From an uncultured Bdellovibrio sp. (lineage in GTDB: Bacteria > Bdellovibrionota > Bdellovibrionia > Bdellovibrionales > Bdellovibrionaceae): DNA of 64,000 nucleotides. Each line of letters starts with the position of its first letter. Within the stretch, counting starts at the first letter, position 1. The position numbers and the translations under genes are program-made. Shown here piece after piece: positions 1-9,474 of the stretch. Location: positions 32,001-96,000 of the forward strand of contig CAWVRN010000001.1 in assembly GCA_963932905.1 (NCBI GenBank), read 5' to 3'. The notes beneath the pieces were generated by a model, which saw only the letters and a list, made by a program, of their open reading frames with translations, had not been told where the DNA came from and did no database searches.

Positions 1-95
1 ACCGATTTGATTGCTTACTATGAATTTTTTTTCATCATCGGACAAGGTCTTGCCTTGTATTCCCATAGTAATCAGAGGACCGTACATCAAAACTC

Positions 96-1148
96 CTATT
101 TCTCTTTCTTCTGCATCGGAATCGGTTTTTCTATTTGCTCTACCGTTGGCGTCGTAGGCTTGTTTTGAATACCTGTGCCTGCAGGAACACCAAACTGTTT
201 TGAACCCGCCGGTTCTGTCACAGGCTTCAGTGCCTCTTCGTGCAATTTAGCCGATACAATATTTTCAACACCTAACGGAACATCACCAAATAACGTTTTC
301 AATACAGTCGTTGGGACATTAAAATCACCGGTGGCTTCTGCCGGTTTTGCCACTAACTGGGTTTCTACGCTTTGTGAAGGATTAACAACCCCAATGACGT
401 GCCCTTTATCCGTAACAAAACTAATGAATTTTTGTCCGTTAAATTGATTTTCAATTTTATAGGACTTAATTCCTTTGTAATCTTCTTCCATGCGAACAAT
501 AGCTACACCGTCTACTAGCTTTGGCTTTTCTTCAGCGATAGCTTTGTATTCATACTTTGAATCTGTTTGTATCCCGGATTTGCTTTTTAACATTAGATAG
601 ACCAAAAAATAACTTAGAAAAGTTCCTTTTGGCAGATCATCTATAACCTTGGTTTTTTTACCGTTTTCATTAACTGTGGCTGTCATTTTCAATATTTCAG
701 TGGGTGCCTTTTCATCTTTCTTCAGTTTTTTCTGAAGCAAGGCTTGTTCTTTTTTAGAAAGCTTTACTGCCTTGAAGGTGGCTTGAATGTTTTTGGTCGT
801 TGGTTTGTTGTTGTCCATGACCAAAGTCGTGTACTCGTACGATAAAGGCGACAGATTTTGATCGCTTTCGGCTTTGATACTTTCCATCATATCACCTGCA
901 AGCGCACCAAGCTTTACAAAAATAGTCGCATAGAATTTCTTAGTCGTGCTGTCGAATTCGTATCTAGAAATGGTGTACCCAACGTGCTGCTTTCCGCTTA
1001 ATACTTTATGATACCCTTCAAAAAGCACGTCCCGTCCGGCAAAGCTGGTAGAGACCAGAAAAATGAAGCTGATCGCTAATTTCAAGCTAGCGAGTCTAAG
1101 ATTAAGTGAGCTGTATAGTTTTTGGTTTGTTGTCATATTTTTCTGCAC
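96..1148 (-). CDS. hypothetical exported protein
   Basis: 350-aa ORF with signal-peptide-like segment (LAISFIFLVSTSFA); start uncertain (GTG 1148 or ATG 1136); no recognised motif. Confidence 0.75.
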   Translation of the reverse strand: MQKNMTTNQKLYSSLNLRLASLKLAISFIFLVSTSFAGRDVLFEGYHKVLSGKQHVGYTISRYEFDSTTKKFYATIFVKLGALAGDMMESIKAESDQNLSPLSYEYTTLVMDNNKPTTKNIQATFKAVKLSKKEQALLQKKLKKDEKAPTEILKMTATVNENGKKTKVIDDLPKGTFLSYFLVYLMLKSKSGIQTDSKYEYKAIAEEKPKLVDGVAIVRMEEDYKGIKSYKIENQFNGQKFISFVTDKGHVIGVVNPSQSVETQLVAKPAEATGDFNVPTTVLKTLFGDVPLGVENIVSAKLHEEALKPVTEPAGSKQFGVPAGTGIQNKPTTPTVEQIEKPIPMQKKEK

Positions 1149-1266
1149 TTTTCGTTTCGTTTCATTTTCGATTTTGTATATAGATTATGTTCACAGAAGA
1201 GGAAAAACTAATCAAGTAATTGATGAATAGTTGAATGATTGCAAAAGCCTCGATACCATAAACAAT

Positions 1267-3549
1267 ATGACTCTGATCAAAAGTAACAAAAGTCTGGTTA
1301 CCGGCAACAAAGGCCAAGTCGCTTTGTTCGTTGCGCTCATTTTCCAGGTTCTATTTCTTTTCTTCGCTATGATTGTGAACGTTGGTCTAGTTGTTCATCA
1401 CAAAATCAATCTGCAAAATTCTGTCGATATGGCCGCCTACTATGGAGCCATGAAACAAGCCGAGTTACTGAATTCGATTGGTCACATGAATTATCAAATG
1501 AGGCAGAGCTGGAAATTGTTGGCTTGGCGCTATCGCATGGTGGGTACTGCAGGGGATGAAGATGCTCATCCGTACAATCATTTGGCTGGTGCTTCCATTC
1601 GTTCTAATATGGACTTGGAAACCTCAAACGACACGGCAGCAAATTATTCCCAGCCGCCATTTTGTGTAGCGTACCAACCGTTTAACGACAAAACCAAAAC
1701 AGCAAACCCTCCAGGTGAAAATCTTTGCAAAAAAACGCTAGCGTCAGACATCGGAGCCCGGGTGATTCGACTTTTCAGAGCTCCAGTGACAGTGGCCGGG
1801 TTCTTCGGTTTTGCTGCTCAGACGGCCGCACTCACGCAGAACTTAAGAGCTTCTGCCACGAATCGCTGTTTTAACGTTGGACCATTTAACTACCTAACGA
1901 TGGGTGGGTTTATGTTTGCCTATCAACTGGATCAGTATGCTCGACGTTTAGTGATTGCACGGATTTCAAAATCTATGTCACGTAATAAATCTGACTTTGA
2001 TGATATTGACGGTAAATCGGTGAAAGCAGGCGCCGAGGAAACGTTTAAAAGAAATTTGACCTATGCAAATAAAGAAGGTCGCGACTTAAATTTTGAAATG
2101 TACAACGGTTTAGCCCATCCTGGCTGCGGCTCTGATCCGGGTGACACTCCACTGGAATATCCAGCACCTTGGCTTTCTGAAATTCGGGTTTTTCCGACTA
2201 TTTTCTATTTGGATTTAAATTGTGATGCATCAGCTACAGACAGTTTAAAATATATTCCTAAAAATTTTGAAGTCAAAGATCCAGTTAATCTGCAAACAAA
2301 TGTTCTAAATAACGATTCAATGCCTTGGTCATATATGAATTTCAAGGTCGAAGGCATGAAGGATCAACTTGAATACTTAGCAAAAAATCTTTATTTATAC
2401 GGAGATACCAATCGCTTTATTCTGGGATACGAAAAAAATCCGTGGTGCCAAGCTTATGTTGGCGTCAAAGCATCGACAAAACCTAAAATTCCTTTTGCAC
2501 CAGCAGATCTCACCCTTTCAGCTCATGCGTATGCAAAACCATTCGGCGGAAAAATAGGTCCTTGGTATTACCGTCGATGGGCGCCAACGGACAAAGAATC
2601 CTCTGGTGATAGAAATTCACGGAACGATACGAATTTGCCTTTGCGTATTAACGATGTGGCCACACTTCAAAGCGATCCGAGTCTACAAGCAGACCCGGCT
2701 CGTATTGCCAACTATTCGAAATATATTGGCGATCCATACGGTTTAAGATCGTGGCGCACAATGGGTCAAATGGGCCGTGCAATTTACAATTTAAGCAACG
2801 ATCCTTTGTATCGAAACGTTAACGGAACCTCACCTACGGATCAGAAAATTTTAACGAATGCACCCGTTGCTCCAAAATTCGATGATTGGTATTTTACCTA
2901 TCAACCTATTTTAGCTAATACAGCGAAAGATATTTTAGCCTGGGACGACGATACGTCGAAAGAACCTGGAATGAGATATTTAGAAATCGCTGGGATTGCT
3001 CCGGACCAATACGATCTTGCCTATTACACAATTGATCCTAACTATTTTGCCAACTATTATTCTCGACTGTTACCGGGCCTTATACAGAAACTAAGCATTA
3101 ATCCGAATTATTTTCGGCCCGACCTGGGAGCTAGAATTGGTGCCACAGCTGATTTGGAAAAATTTTCTGTGAAAGACCAAATAAAAGTTGTCGCCGATAT
3201 CAGTCCAACCGTAATTGATTTTCAAACCAAACTTACCTATGCAGTCAAAAATCCAGTTCACTTACTAACTTCATGGAGTAATAAATCGGTATTTGAATAC
3301 GACAAACCAGATAGTGAATATTTTGCTAATTGTTTGGCTCCCCAAATTAGTAAAACTAATTATCAAGATCCCCAAGCGAACACCCAGTTCCTAAACGCCG
3401 GAGAATCATTACCTGGTGAATGTGTGACCGGTGGCCGCACTGGCTATTCAGTAAAAATTATTTCAAAAGACTATTTGTTTTCCCCAATTAAAGCTGGCGG
3501 AGATTTTACCAACGAAGCGGTAATACTGAATCCACCAAGTGATTTTTAG
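1267..3549 (+). CDS. Tad/Flp pilus TadG-like protein (N-terminal Tad pseudopilin helix, large Cys-containing C-terminal region)
   Basis: KGQ-VALFVALIFQVLFLFFAMIVNVGLVVHHKINLQNSVDMAAYYGA fits the G|Q-hydrophobic helix ... LQxxxDxAA pattern of TadG/TadE N-termini; ATG at 1267 preferred over TTG at 1231. Confidence 0.8.
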   Translation: MTLIKSNKSLVTGNKGQVALFVALIFQVLFLFFAMIVNVGLVVHHKINLQNSVDMAAYYGAMKQAELLNSIGHMNYQMRQSWKLLAWRYRMVGTAGDEDAHPYNHLAGASIRSNMDLETSNDTAANYSQPPFCVAYQPFNDKTKTANPPGENLCKKTLASDIGARVIRLFRAPVTVAGFFGFAAQTAALTQNLRASATNRCFNVGPFNYLTMGGFMFAYQLDQYARRLVIARISKSMSRNKSDFDDIDGKSVKAGAEETFKRNLTYANKEGRDLNFEMYNGLAHPGCGSDPGDTPLEYPAPWLSEIRVFPTIFYLDLNCDASATDSLKYIPKNFEVKDPVNLQTNVLNNDSMPWSYMNFKVEGMKDQLEYLAKNLYLYGDTNRFILGYEKNPWCQAYVGVKASTKPKIPFAPADLTLSAHAYAKPFGGKIGPWYYRRWAPTDKESSGDRNSRNDTNLPLRINDVATLQSDPSLQADPARIANYSKYIGDPYGLRSWRTMGQMGRAIYNLSNDPLYRNVNGTSPTDQKILTNAPVAPKFDDWYFTYQPILANTAKDILAWDDDTSKEPGMRYLEIAGIAPDQYDLAYYTIDPNYFANYYSRLLPGLIQKLSINPNYFRPDLGARIGATADLEKFSVKDQIKVVADISPTVIDFQTKLTYAVKNPVHLLTSWSNKSVFEYDKPDSEYFANCLAPQISKTNYQDPQANTQFLNAGESLPGECVTGGRTGYSVKIISKDYLFSPIKAGGDFTNEAVILNPPSDF

Positions 3550-3676
3550 TCTCAATTTGGCACAAAGACTTAAATAGCGTTACAGAGTTACTGTTTGAAA
3601 CAAATTCAGTCGTAACAATGAACAACAAACTAGACGCCCTAACTTGCCTCAAATCGAGAATCCCTAGAGAAAAACT

Positions 3677-3703
3677 TTATTTATCCCTGCCTTAATCCGA
3701 TAA
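3677..3703 (+). promoter_or_regulatory. possible sigma28 (FliA)-type promoter
   Basis: TTAT-N15-TCCGATAA upstream of ATG 3725; good -10 match to GCCGATAA, weak -35. Confidence 0.3.
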
Positions 3704-3724
3704 TTTAACTATCTGGGGGACAGA

Positions 3725-5437
3725 ATGAAATTGAGGTTCATTTGGTTAGTTTCTTTCACTTCTATAAATTTAATCGGCTTTACTGCGTTTTCAGCTGAAA
3801 CTAGTGAAACTAAACCCGACTATAGTTTCACATGGGGTGACACTGGTTCTGCTCCTGCTGGAAAATCTCCTATTCAAAGTACGCCATCAAACGGTGATTT
3901 ATTGGGTGGATCTAATGTAGAACACACAGCCGTCAACACTTCCAAATACCAAGATAAAGAACTGAGTGATTTTGCATCAACACCTAGCGCCGCTGCCGGA
4001 GCCGTACCTGCAGGAGAGGCCAACGTAAAACTTGATATAGCTAAAAAATTCGCAATCTTAAATAAAGCAAACTGTGAATCGATTACTGGTTCTTCTGCGG
4101 GACCTTCAGCAGCAGCAGCAAGCGCGGCGAACCTTGCAGGTGCTCAGTGCCAAAAATTAAGAACTCTAGTTCAAAGCTGCGATACAGTTTTTACCGGGGC
4201 TATTGGGGTAAGTAATTTGTGCCACACGGAAAAAAATGAATCTATTTCGTCTTCGGTAACAATGATCCAAGGAATTATGGGCGCCGCCAGTGGTCTTGTG
4301 GATTCTTGTAACGACTTCGGTAAGGCGATGAATATAGCACAAAAAGGTATGACTGCCTATACTTTGGCCTGCGGAGCTGCACAAGTTGCGTGTAAAATGA
4401 AATGCGGTGGCGCTAAAGCTTCCGTAGATACATATATGGCTAACTCAAAAATTCTCCTTTCGCAATTAGTTGCAAAATGTTCAGCAGAAGCAGCTGCAAA
4501 CACTATAAACTCTGCTTCTATTACAGCTCACTGCAAAGTTGTGGCAAATACCATAAATAGTTTTGTGGAAACTGCGATTACACAAGACAATTCAGCACCA
4601 TTCGGCGTTCGGGCTAAAGCAGAAATTTGTGTTTTAAATGTACCCGCTTTATTGACGTCCGGTTTTGTTGGGATTGCTTCGTTTGCCCAAGCCGAAGCGA
4701 AATCTAAACAATGTAAAGAAGATGCGGAAGCAAAAAAAGCGGCCGAAATCGCAAAAAATTCGTGTGAAAATGTTGCCAACAAAGATCGTGCGGATTGCGC
4801 TTGTACAATTGCCGCTAACAAAAACCTTTCATACTGTGCGACAGGTTTAGTGGATTGTGGTCTATCAGAGAACGCGGACAAACCTCTGTGTATTTGTAAA
4901 GCTAATCCACGTATGGCTGGCTGCGAAGGTGTCTCTACATCCATTGCAACAAACTCTGCGTTAAACACTAGTAATGGCTCAGGACTGACGACAAGTAAAG
5001 GCACTGGAAACTTATCTACTGCACCGACAGCGGCAGCTGATGCCACTAACCTTTTCCCAAATAAAAAGGGAAATGGCCAAGACGGCATTGGTAGTACAAG
5101 CAGCGCCGGTGGCGCTTCTGGTGCGGGTTTAGATGCTGGTGCATCGGGTGGCGGCGCTACAGATAAAACCAACGCTACGACAGCGGCCACTAAGGATTCT
5201 GCGAATATTCTTGATTCAGGCAGCGGTGGTGGTGGTGGTTACCGAGGTATGGCTGGTTCTTACAGTTTGCCAGAGTACCGCAACAGATTAAAAGCCTTTG
5301 CAAATAAAAATGGTATTGGTGCCAAAGTCGCAGGAAGCAGCTGGAGCGATCAAGTTACAGCCACAGGCGGTAAATCTAATTTTGATAAAGTAAAAACGCG
5401 CCTACAAGAAAATAAATCGACGTTGCTTTCGAAATAA
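3725..5437 (+). CDS. exported Cys-rich hypothetical protein with Gly/Ser/Ala-rich C-terminal linker
   Basis: Signal peptide, about 20 Cys in the central part, low-complexity G/S/A tail; RBS GGGGGA upstream. Confidence 0.85.
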   Translation: MKLRFIWLVSFTSINLIGFTAFSAETSETKPDYSFTWGDTGSAPAGKSPIQSTPSNGDLLGGSNVEHTAVNTSKYQDKELSDFASTPSAAAGAVPAGEANVKLDIAKKFAILNKANCESITGSSAGPSAAAASAANLAGAQCQKLRTLVQSCDTVFTGAIGVSNLCHTEKNESISSSVTMIQGIMGAASGLVDSCNDFGKAMNIAQKGMTAYTLACGAAQVACKMKCGGAKASVDTYMANSKILLSQLVAKCSAEAAANTINSASITAHCKVVANTINSFVETAITQDNSAPFGVRAKAEICVLNVPALLTSGFVGIASFAQAEAKSKQCKEDAEAKKAAEIAKNSCENVANKDRADCACTIAANKNLSYCATGLVDCGLSENADKPLCICKANPRMAGCEGVSTSIATNSALNTSNGSGLTTSKGTGNLSTAPTAAADATNLFPNKKGNGQDGIGSTSSAGGASGAGLDAGASGGGATDKTNATTAATKDSANILDSGSGGGGGYRGMAGSYSLPEYRNRLKAFANKNGIGAKVAGSSWSDQVTATGGKSNFDKVKTRLQENKSTLLSK

Positions 5438-5451
5438 TAGAGAGGATTAAC

Positions 5452-6450
5452 ATGGGGATAAAGGTGAATACAAAATTATTAATTGTTGTTCCTCTTCTTT
5501 TAGGTGGAACAACATCTTACGCGGCTGACGCGAGAAACAGTGAGACAAAGCCTACTACGGTGTCCTCATCAAGTGCTTCACCAAATATGCAAAATTCGGC
5601 TAACACTTCTGCAAAACAGAACAAATCGTCTTCAGCACTAAGCAGTGTTATAGGCGTCGCAAGTATGGCATACGGCGCTAAAAATGCTGCAGCTTGTGGT
5701 TCCCAATGCTATTCATGTTGTGGTCGAGCAGTTATATTTTTTGCAATGGGTGCAATGTCGTTTAAACAAGCAAGTAATAATGCTAAAGCTGCTTATCAAT
5801 CAGGTCTAACAGGTTTAGATACCTCCGCATGGAATAATCCTTTTGGTGAAACAAACAGCACTACTGGTTCTGATGCCGACAAAGATTTAGCAGCAAATGT
5901 AAATACAGGAAAATTTAATGAAATTAAACGTGCCCTAACAACTTCCGGAATTAATGGGATTAAGCTAGACCCAAAAACAGGAAAAATTACAGACTCAAAC
6001 ACAGGCAAAACCTATGACTCAAACACCTTAGGAACAGCGCAAGGTATGGCCGACGCTGGCTTTTCTCCAAGTGATATCGCATCTGCATTGGATGCAGCAG
6101 GAAAAATTGAAAAAGCAGCAATGAAAAAATTAGGTTTAACCGAAGGCATCGGTGCCGCTACAGCCGCGAACGGCTACATGGACGATGCCGGTTCAGGTGG
6201 TACCACGTCAGGTAATGCAGGCGATGTTACCATGGATTCTTATGGCGGCGGTGGTCGCGGACTTGCCAGCAGCGGCGGCGGAGTAAAAGTTCCGTCCAAT
6301 CAAATTGCTGGTTTAACTAAGAATTTTAATGGCGAACGCATCGGTGTGTCGGCTGAAAATATTTTTAATATGATGGCCCGCAGATACAAAACGAAAGAAA
6401 AACAAAATTCTTTCTTTGATCCATCAGAATTAGTTAAAATGCCGCAGTAG
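5452..6450 (+). CDS. exported Gly/Ser/Ala-rich hypothetical protein
   Basis: Signal peptide (..TTSYA), CGSQCYSCC cluster followed by a hydrophobic helix; RBS GAGGA; 14 nt after the previous gene. Confidence 0.85.
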   Translation: MGIKVNTKLLIVVPLLLGGTTSYAADARNSETKPTTVSSSSASPNMQNSANTSAKQNKSSSALSSVIGVASMAYGAKNAAACGSQCYSCCGRAVIFFAMGAMSFKQASNNAKAAYQSGLTGLDTSAWNNPFGETNSTTGSDADKDLAANVNTGKFNEIKRALTTSGINGIKLDPKTGKITDSNTGKTYDSNTLGTAQGMADAGFSPSDIASALDAAGKIEKAAMKKLGLTEGIGAATAANGYMDDAGSGGTTSGNAGDVTMDSYGGGGRGLASSGGGVKVPSNQIAGLTKNFNGERIGVSAENIFNMMARRYKTKEKQNSFFDPSELVKMPQ

Positions 6451-6488
6451 TCACTACTTGAAATTTATTTGTTCTAAACATTAATATG

Positions 6489-6521
6489 GAGGTCCTATTC
6501 AGAAGCGGAGGACCTTTTTTT
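6489..6521 (+). terminator. intrinsic terminator overlapping the RBS of the next gene
   Basis: GAGGTCCT...AGGACCTT stem followed by a T-tract that runs directly into ATG 6522. Confidence 0.55.
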
Positions 6522-8504
6522 ATGTCTAAATTGAATTTAGCACTCGTTATCTTGGCAGCTTTAGTATTATCAAACTGCCAATCTAAAAACACCAAAGCGG
6601 GCGACGGCAGAACGAAAGCAGCCTACTCACAATTCGGGATCGAATCTGTTTCTAAAGACGACCTAAAGAAGTATGCACCTAAAGAAATCAGTGCCGCGAT
6701 GAAAAACAAACTATCGCTCTATATGGATATCCAAACCCCATCGGGTGGATTGCTTCACCCGAACGGTAAAGATCTATTTTTCAACTGGCGTATTTCTGGC
6801 TATCAGCAGATTTGGAAAATGACAGGCCCAAATACTTACCCTGTGCAGATGACCGGCGGAAAAGATTTAACAACGTTGATGGATATCGCACCTAACGGAC
6901 AATTCATTATTTTCCATCGCGATATTGATGGACAGGAAAATCCGGGTATCTACATTCAACCTGTCAATGGTGGGCCGCTTACAAAAATATTCCACGAGCC
7001 TAAAGTTCGCGCCGCGTTCCAGTTCATTTCAGATGACTCAAAAGAAATTTACTTCACGTCAAACCACGAAGATCCACAAAGCTTCTTCGTCTATAAAATA
7101 AATATCGAAACAAAGAAAATCGAGCCGATCTCTAAAGAGAAAGGTTACTGGTATATTATGGATCATGAAGGTGATCGTTTGTTATTAGGTTTTGCAAAGA
7201 CATCTTTTGCTAACGACGTCTATGAATTGAACTTGAAAACCAAAGAAAAGAAATGGTTACTGGGTGAAAAATCAGAAGATCCATTTGAAGTCCGCTTTCT
7301 TCGCTCTAGCAATAAATATATCGTTCGCACACTCGACGGTGATTTTGAATCGTTGAAATTGTTAGATGGTGGCAAACTAAAAAATATTATTAGAACAGAA
7401 AAGCATGATATAGAAACATTTCAACTTAGCAACAATCGGGATTTTTTGGCGTACGAACTAAATAAGGACGGCTATACACAGCTTAATATTTTTAAAGTTA
7501 CTTCTGAAGGCGCGTTGTCCGAACTGAATTATAAAAACTCTATGCCAGCTAATTTGAAAAAAGCCGACCACCTGCGTATTCAATTTAATCGCACAAATTC
7601 AAAAGCAATAATCACGTCTTCGTCTAGTCAGGAACCACGCAATTTTTATTCATTAGATATGGTTTCGCGCCAATGGACGCAGTGGACGAAAACGAATTCA
7701 CCTGAAATTCAAACTCATGGTTTTGCCATAGCCAACCTTGAATACTACAAAGCAAAAGATGGCACTTCGATTCCAATGTTTGTTCGTCGTCCCGAACGAT
7801 GCAAAAAAGAATTGTGCCCTGTCATGGTTCAGTTCCATGGTGGACCCGAAGGTCAAAGTTTTGCAGGATTTCACCCGTTAGGACAACTGGCTGTTGAAGA
7901 GGGTTTCATTTTTGTAGAACCTAATGTTCGCGGCAGTTCCGGATACGGCCGCACATGGTTACAGTCAGATAATGGCCCAAAACGTAAAGACGTTGTTACA
8001 GACATCCAAGACGCCGCTATTTGGATCAAAAAGAATTGGGCTGTAAATGGCGTGGCCCCTAAAATTGGAATCTTTGGCGGCAGCTATGGTGGCTATTCAA
8101 CGCTGATGGGAATGACCTACTTTGCCGGCTCGTACGATGCCGGTGTGTCCATCGTTGGGATATCAAATTTAGTATCTTTTCTTCAAAACACAGCACCCTA
8201 TCGCCGTCACATACGCGAAACTGAATATGGATTTCTAAACAAAGATATGGCCAGCCTAATTGAACTTTCGCCAATCAATCACATCAATAACATTCAAGCA
8301 CCGTTATTGATTATTCAAGGCGCTAACGATCCACGTGTTCCTGTGGGTGAAGCTGTTCAAATTCAGAAAGCTTTAGAAAATTCCAGGAAAAATTCGGAGC
8401 TAGTGATTTTCCCCGACGAGGGCCACGGATCTGCAAAGAAGGAAAATAAAATTCTTGAATGGGGTTACACGCTAGATTTCTTTAAAAAACATCTTGGTCG
8501 TTAA
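6522..8504 (+). CDS. S9 (prolyl oligopeptidase/acylaminoacyl peptidase) family serine peptidase, probable lipoprotein
   Basis: HGGP, RGSSGYG, nucleophile GGSYGG, GANDPRV (Asp), DEGHG (His); lipobox-like LSNC; beta-propeller-like N-terminal region. Confidence 0.93.
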   Translation: MSKLNLALVILAALVLSNCQSKNTKAGDGRTKAAYSQFGIESVSKDDLKKYAPKEISAAMKNKLSLYMDIQTPSGGLLHPNGKDLFFNWRISGYQQIWKMTGPNTYPVQMTGGKDLTTLMDIAPNGQFIIFHRDIDGQENPGIYIQPVNGGPLTKIFHEPKVRAAFQFISDDSKEIYFTSNHEDPQSFFVYKINIETKKIEPISKEKGYWYIMDHEGDRLLLGFAKTSFANDVYELNLKTKEKKWLLGEKSEDPFEVRFLRSSNKYIVRTLDGDFESLKLLDGGKLKNIIRTEKHDIETFQLSNNRDFLAYELNKDGYTQLNIFKVTSEGALSELNYKNSMPANLKKADHLRIQFNRTNSKAIITSSSSQEPRNFYSLDMVSRQWTQWTKTNSPEIQTHGFAIANLEYYKAKDGTSIPMFVRRPERCKKELCPVMVQFHGGPEGQSFAGFHPLGQLAVEEGFIFVEPNVRGSSGYGRTWLQSDNGPKRKDVVTDIQDAAIWIKKNWAVNGVAPKIGIFGGSYGGYSTLMGMTYFAGSYDAGVSIVGISNLVSFLQNTAPYRRHIRETEYGFLNKDMASLIELSPINHINNIQAPLLIIQGANDPRVPVGEAVQIQKALENSRKNSELVIFPDEGHGSAKKENKILEWGYTLDFFKKHLGR

Positions 8505-9474
8505 TAATCATCGTATTTTCCAATTGGTCTGCGTTTTCGATACGAACTCGCGGGCCGATAATACAATTCTTCAAACGACATCCTTTTTTCAAAGTAGCAC
8601 CCTCACCAATTACATTGTAGCCTAACAAAATTTCAAAATCGAAATCTAATTTCTTATCCGCCAGTACTACTCGGTTATTCATTTGTACGAATTCAGTATT
8701 CGGTGCACGCCATTTAATTACATTCGCAAGGTAAACGGATTCAGGCGTCTTCTGCACAAGTATATCCAGGCATTTATGAGTCGCCGTTTTGAAGTCCGCT
8801 TCGTTGCCCGTTTCAAACCACTGGCAAGGGAACGGCACGACATTTGCGCTGTTCCCATCTTTGATAGCATCCGTTAAAGCATCATACAAAATGTTAGATT
8901 CGCCGGGTTTAATATAATTAAATATTTTTTCTGAAAATATGGCCACCCCAATGTAATGATAACCCTTTGTTGATGATGGGATCTTTTCCTTTCCAAATCC
9001 CAAAACCTTATTGGCCGCATCTACCCAGACTCCACCAAATTTTGAGCCAACTTCGGGATGTTCGATGACAAGTAATGTAGCGATCGCACCACTTTTTTTA
9101 TGGCTATCAATCGCATTTTTAATTTGATCTGAATTCTTAGGAATGATGACTTCATCACCATTCATTAAAATAAAGTCGCCCTCCGCTTGAAAGTACGCTT
9201 TAGCATGGCCAATACCACCGCCACTGCCGAGTAGAACATCTTCATCAGAAAAAAAAATAGGGAAACTATGTTTAAACGATTTAACAGTCGCTTTTAATCT
9301 ACTAGGAAGGTGAAACGTATTCATTACTACTTTCTTAACTTTGATTTCGTTTAGAAAATAAAGTGAATAGGCATACAGTGGGACATTCAGGAACGAGATG
9401 GCTGGTTTAGGCATATACTTAGTATGTGGCCTAAGCCTAGTTCCTTCTCCCGCAGTAAGCATCATTACATTCAT
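8482..9474 (-). CDS. murU: sugar-1-phosphate nucleotidyltransferase, MurU-like
   Basis: AGEGTRLRPHT..PKP signature, NGD motif; overlaps an amgK-like kinase gene (ATGA). Confidence 0.7.
   Translation of the reverse strand: MNVMMLTAGEGTRLRPHTKYMPKPAISFLNVPLYAYSLYFLNEIKVKKVVMNTFHLPSRLKATVKSFKHSFPIFFSDEDVLLGSGGGIGHAKAYFQAEGDFILMNGDEVIIPKNSDQIKNAIDSHKKSGAIATLLVIEHPEVGSKFGGVWVDAANKVLGFGKEKIPSSTKGYHYIGVAIFSEKIFNYIKPGESNILYDALTDAIKDGNSANVVPFPCQWFETGNEADFKTATHKCLDILVQKTPESVYLANVIKWRAPNTEFVQMNNRVVLADKKLDFDFEILLGYNVIGEGATLKKGCRLKNCIIGPRVRIENADQLENTMIINDQDVF

Noticed and set aside
4528..5190. 220-aa antisense ORF (also 34305..34850, 55400..55846, 58615..59046 and similar)
   Set aside because: Shadow frames of well-supported genes on the opposite strand; no RBS or motifs.
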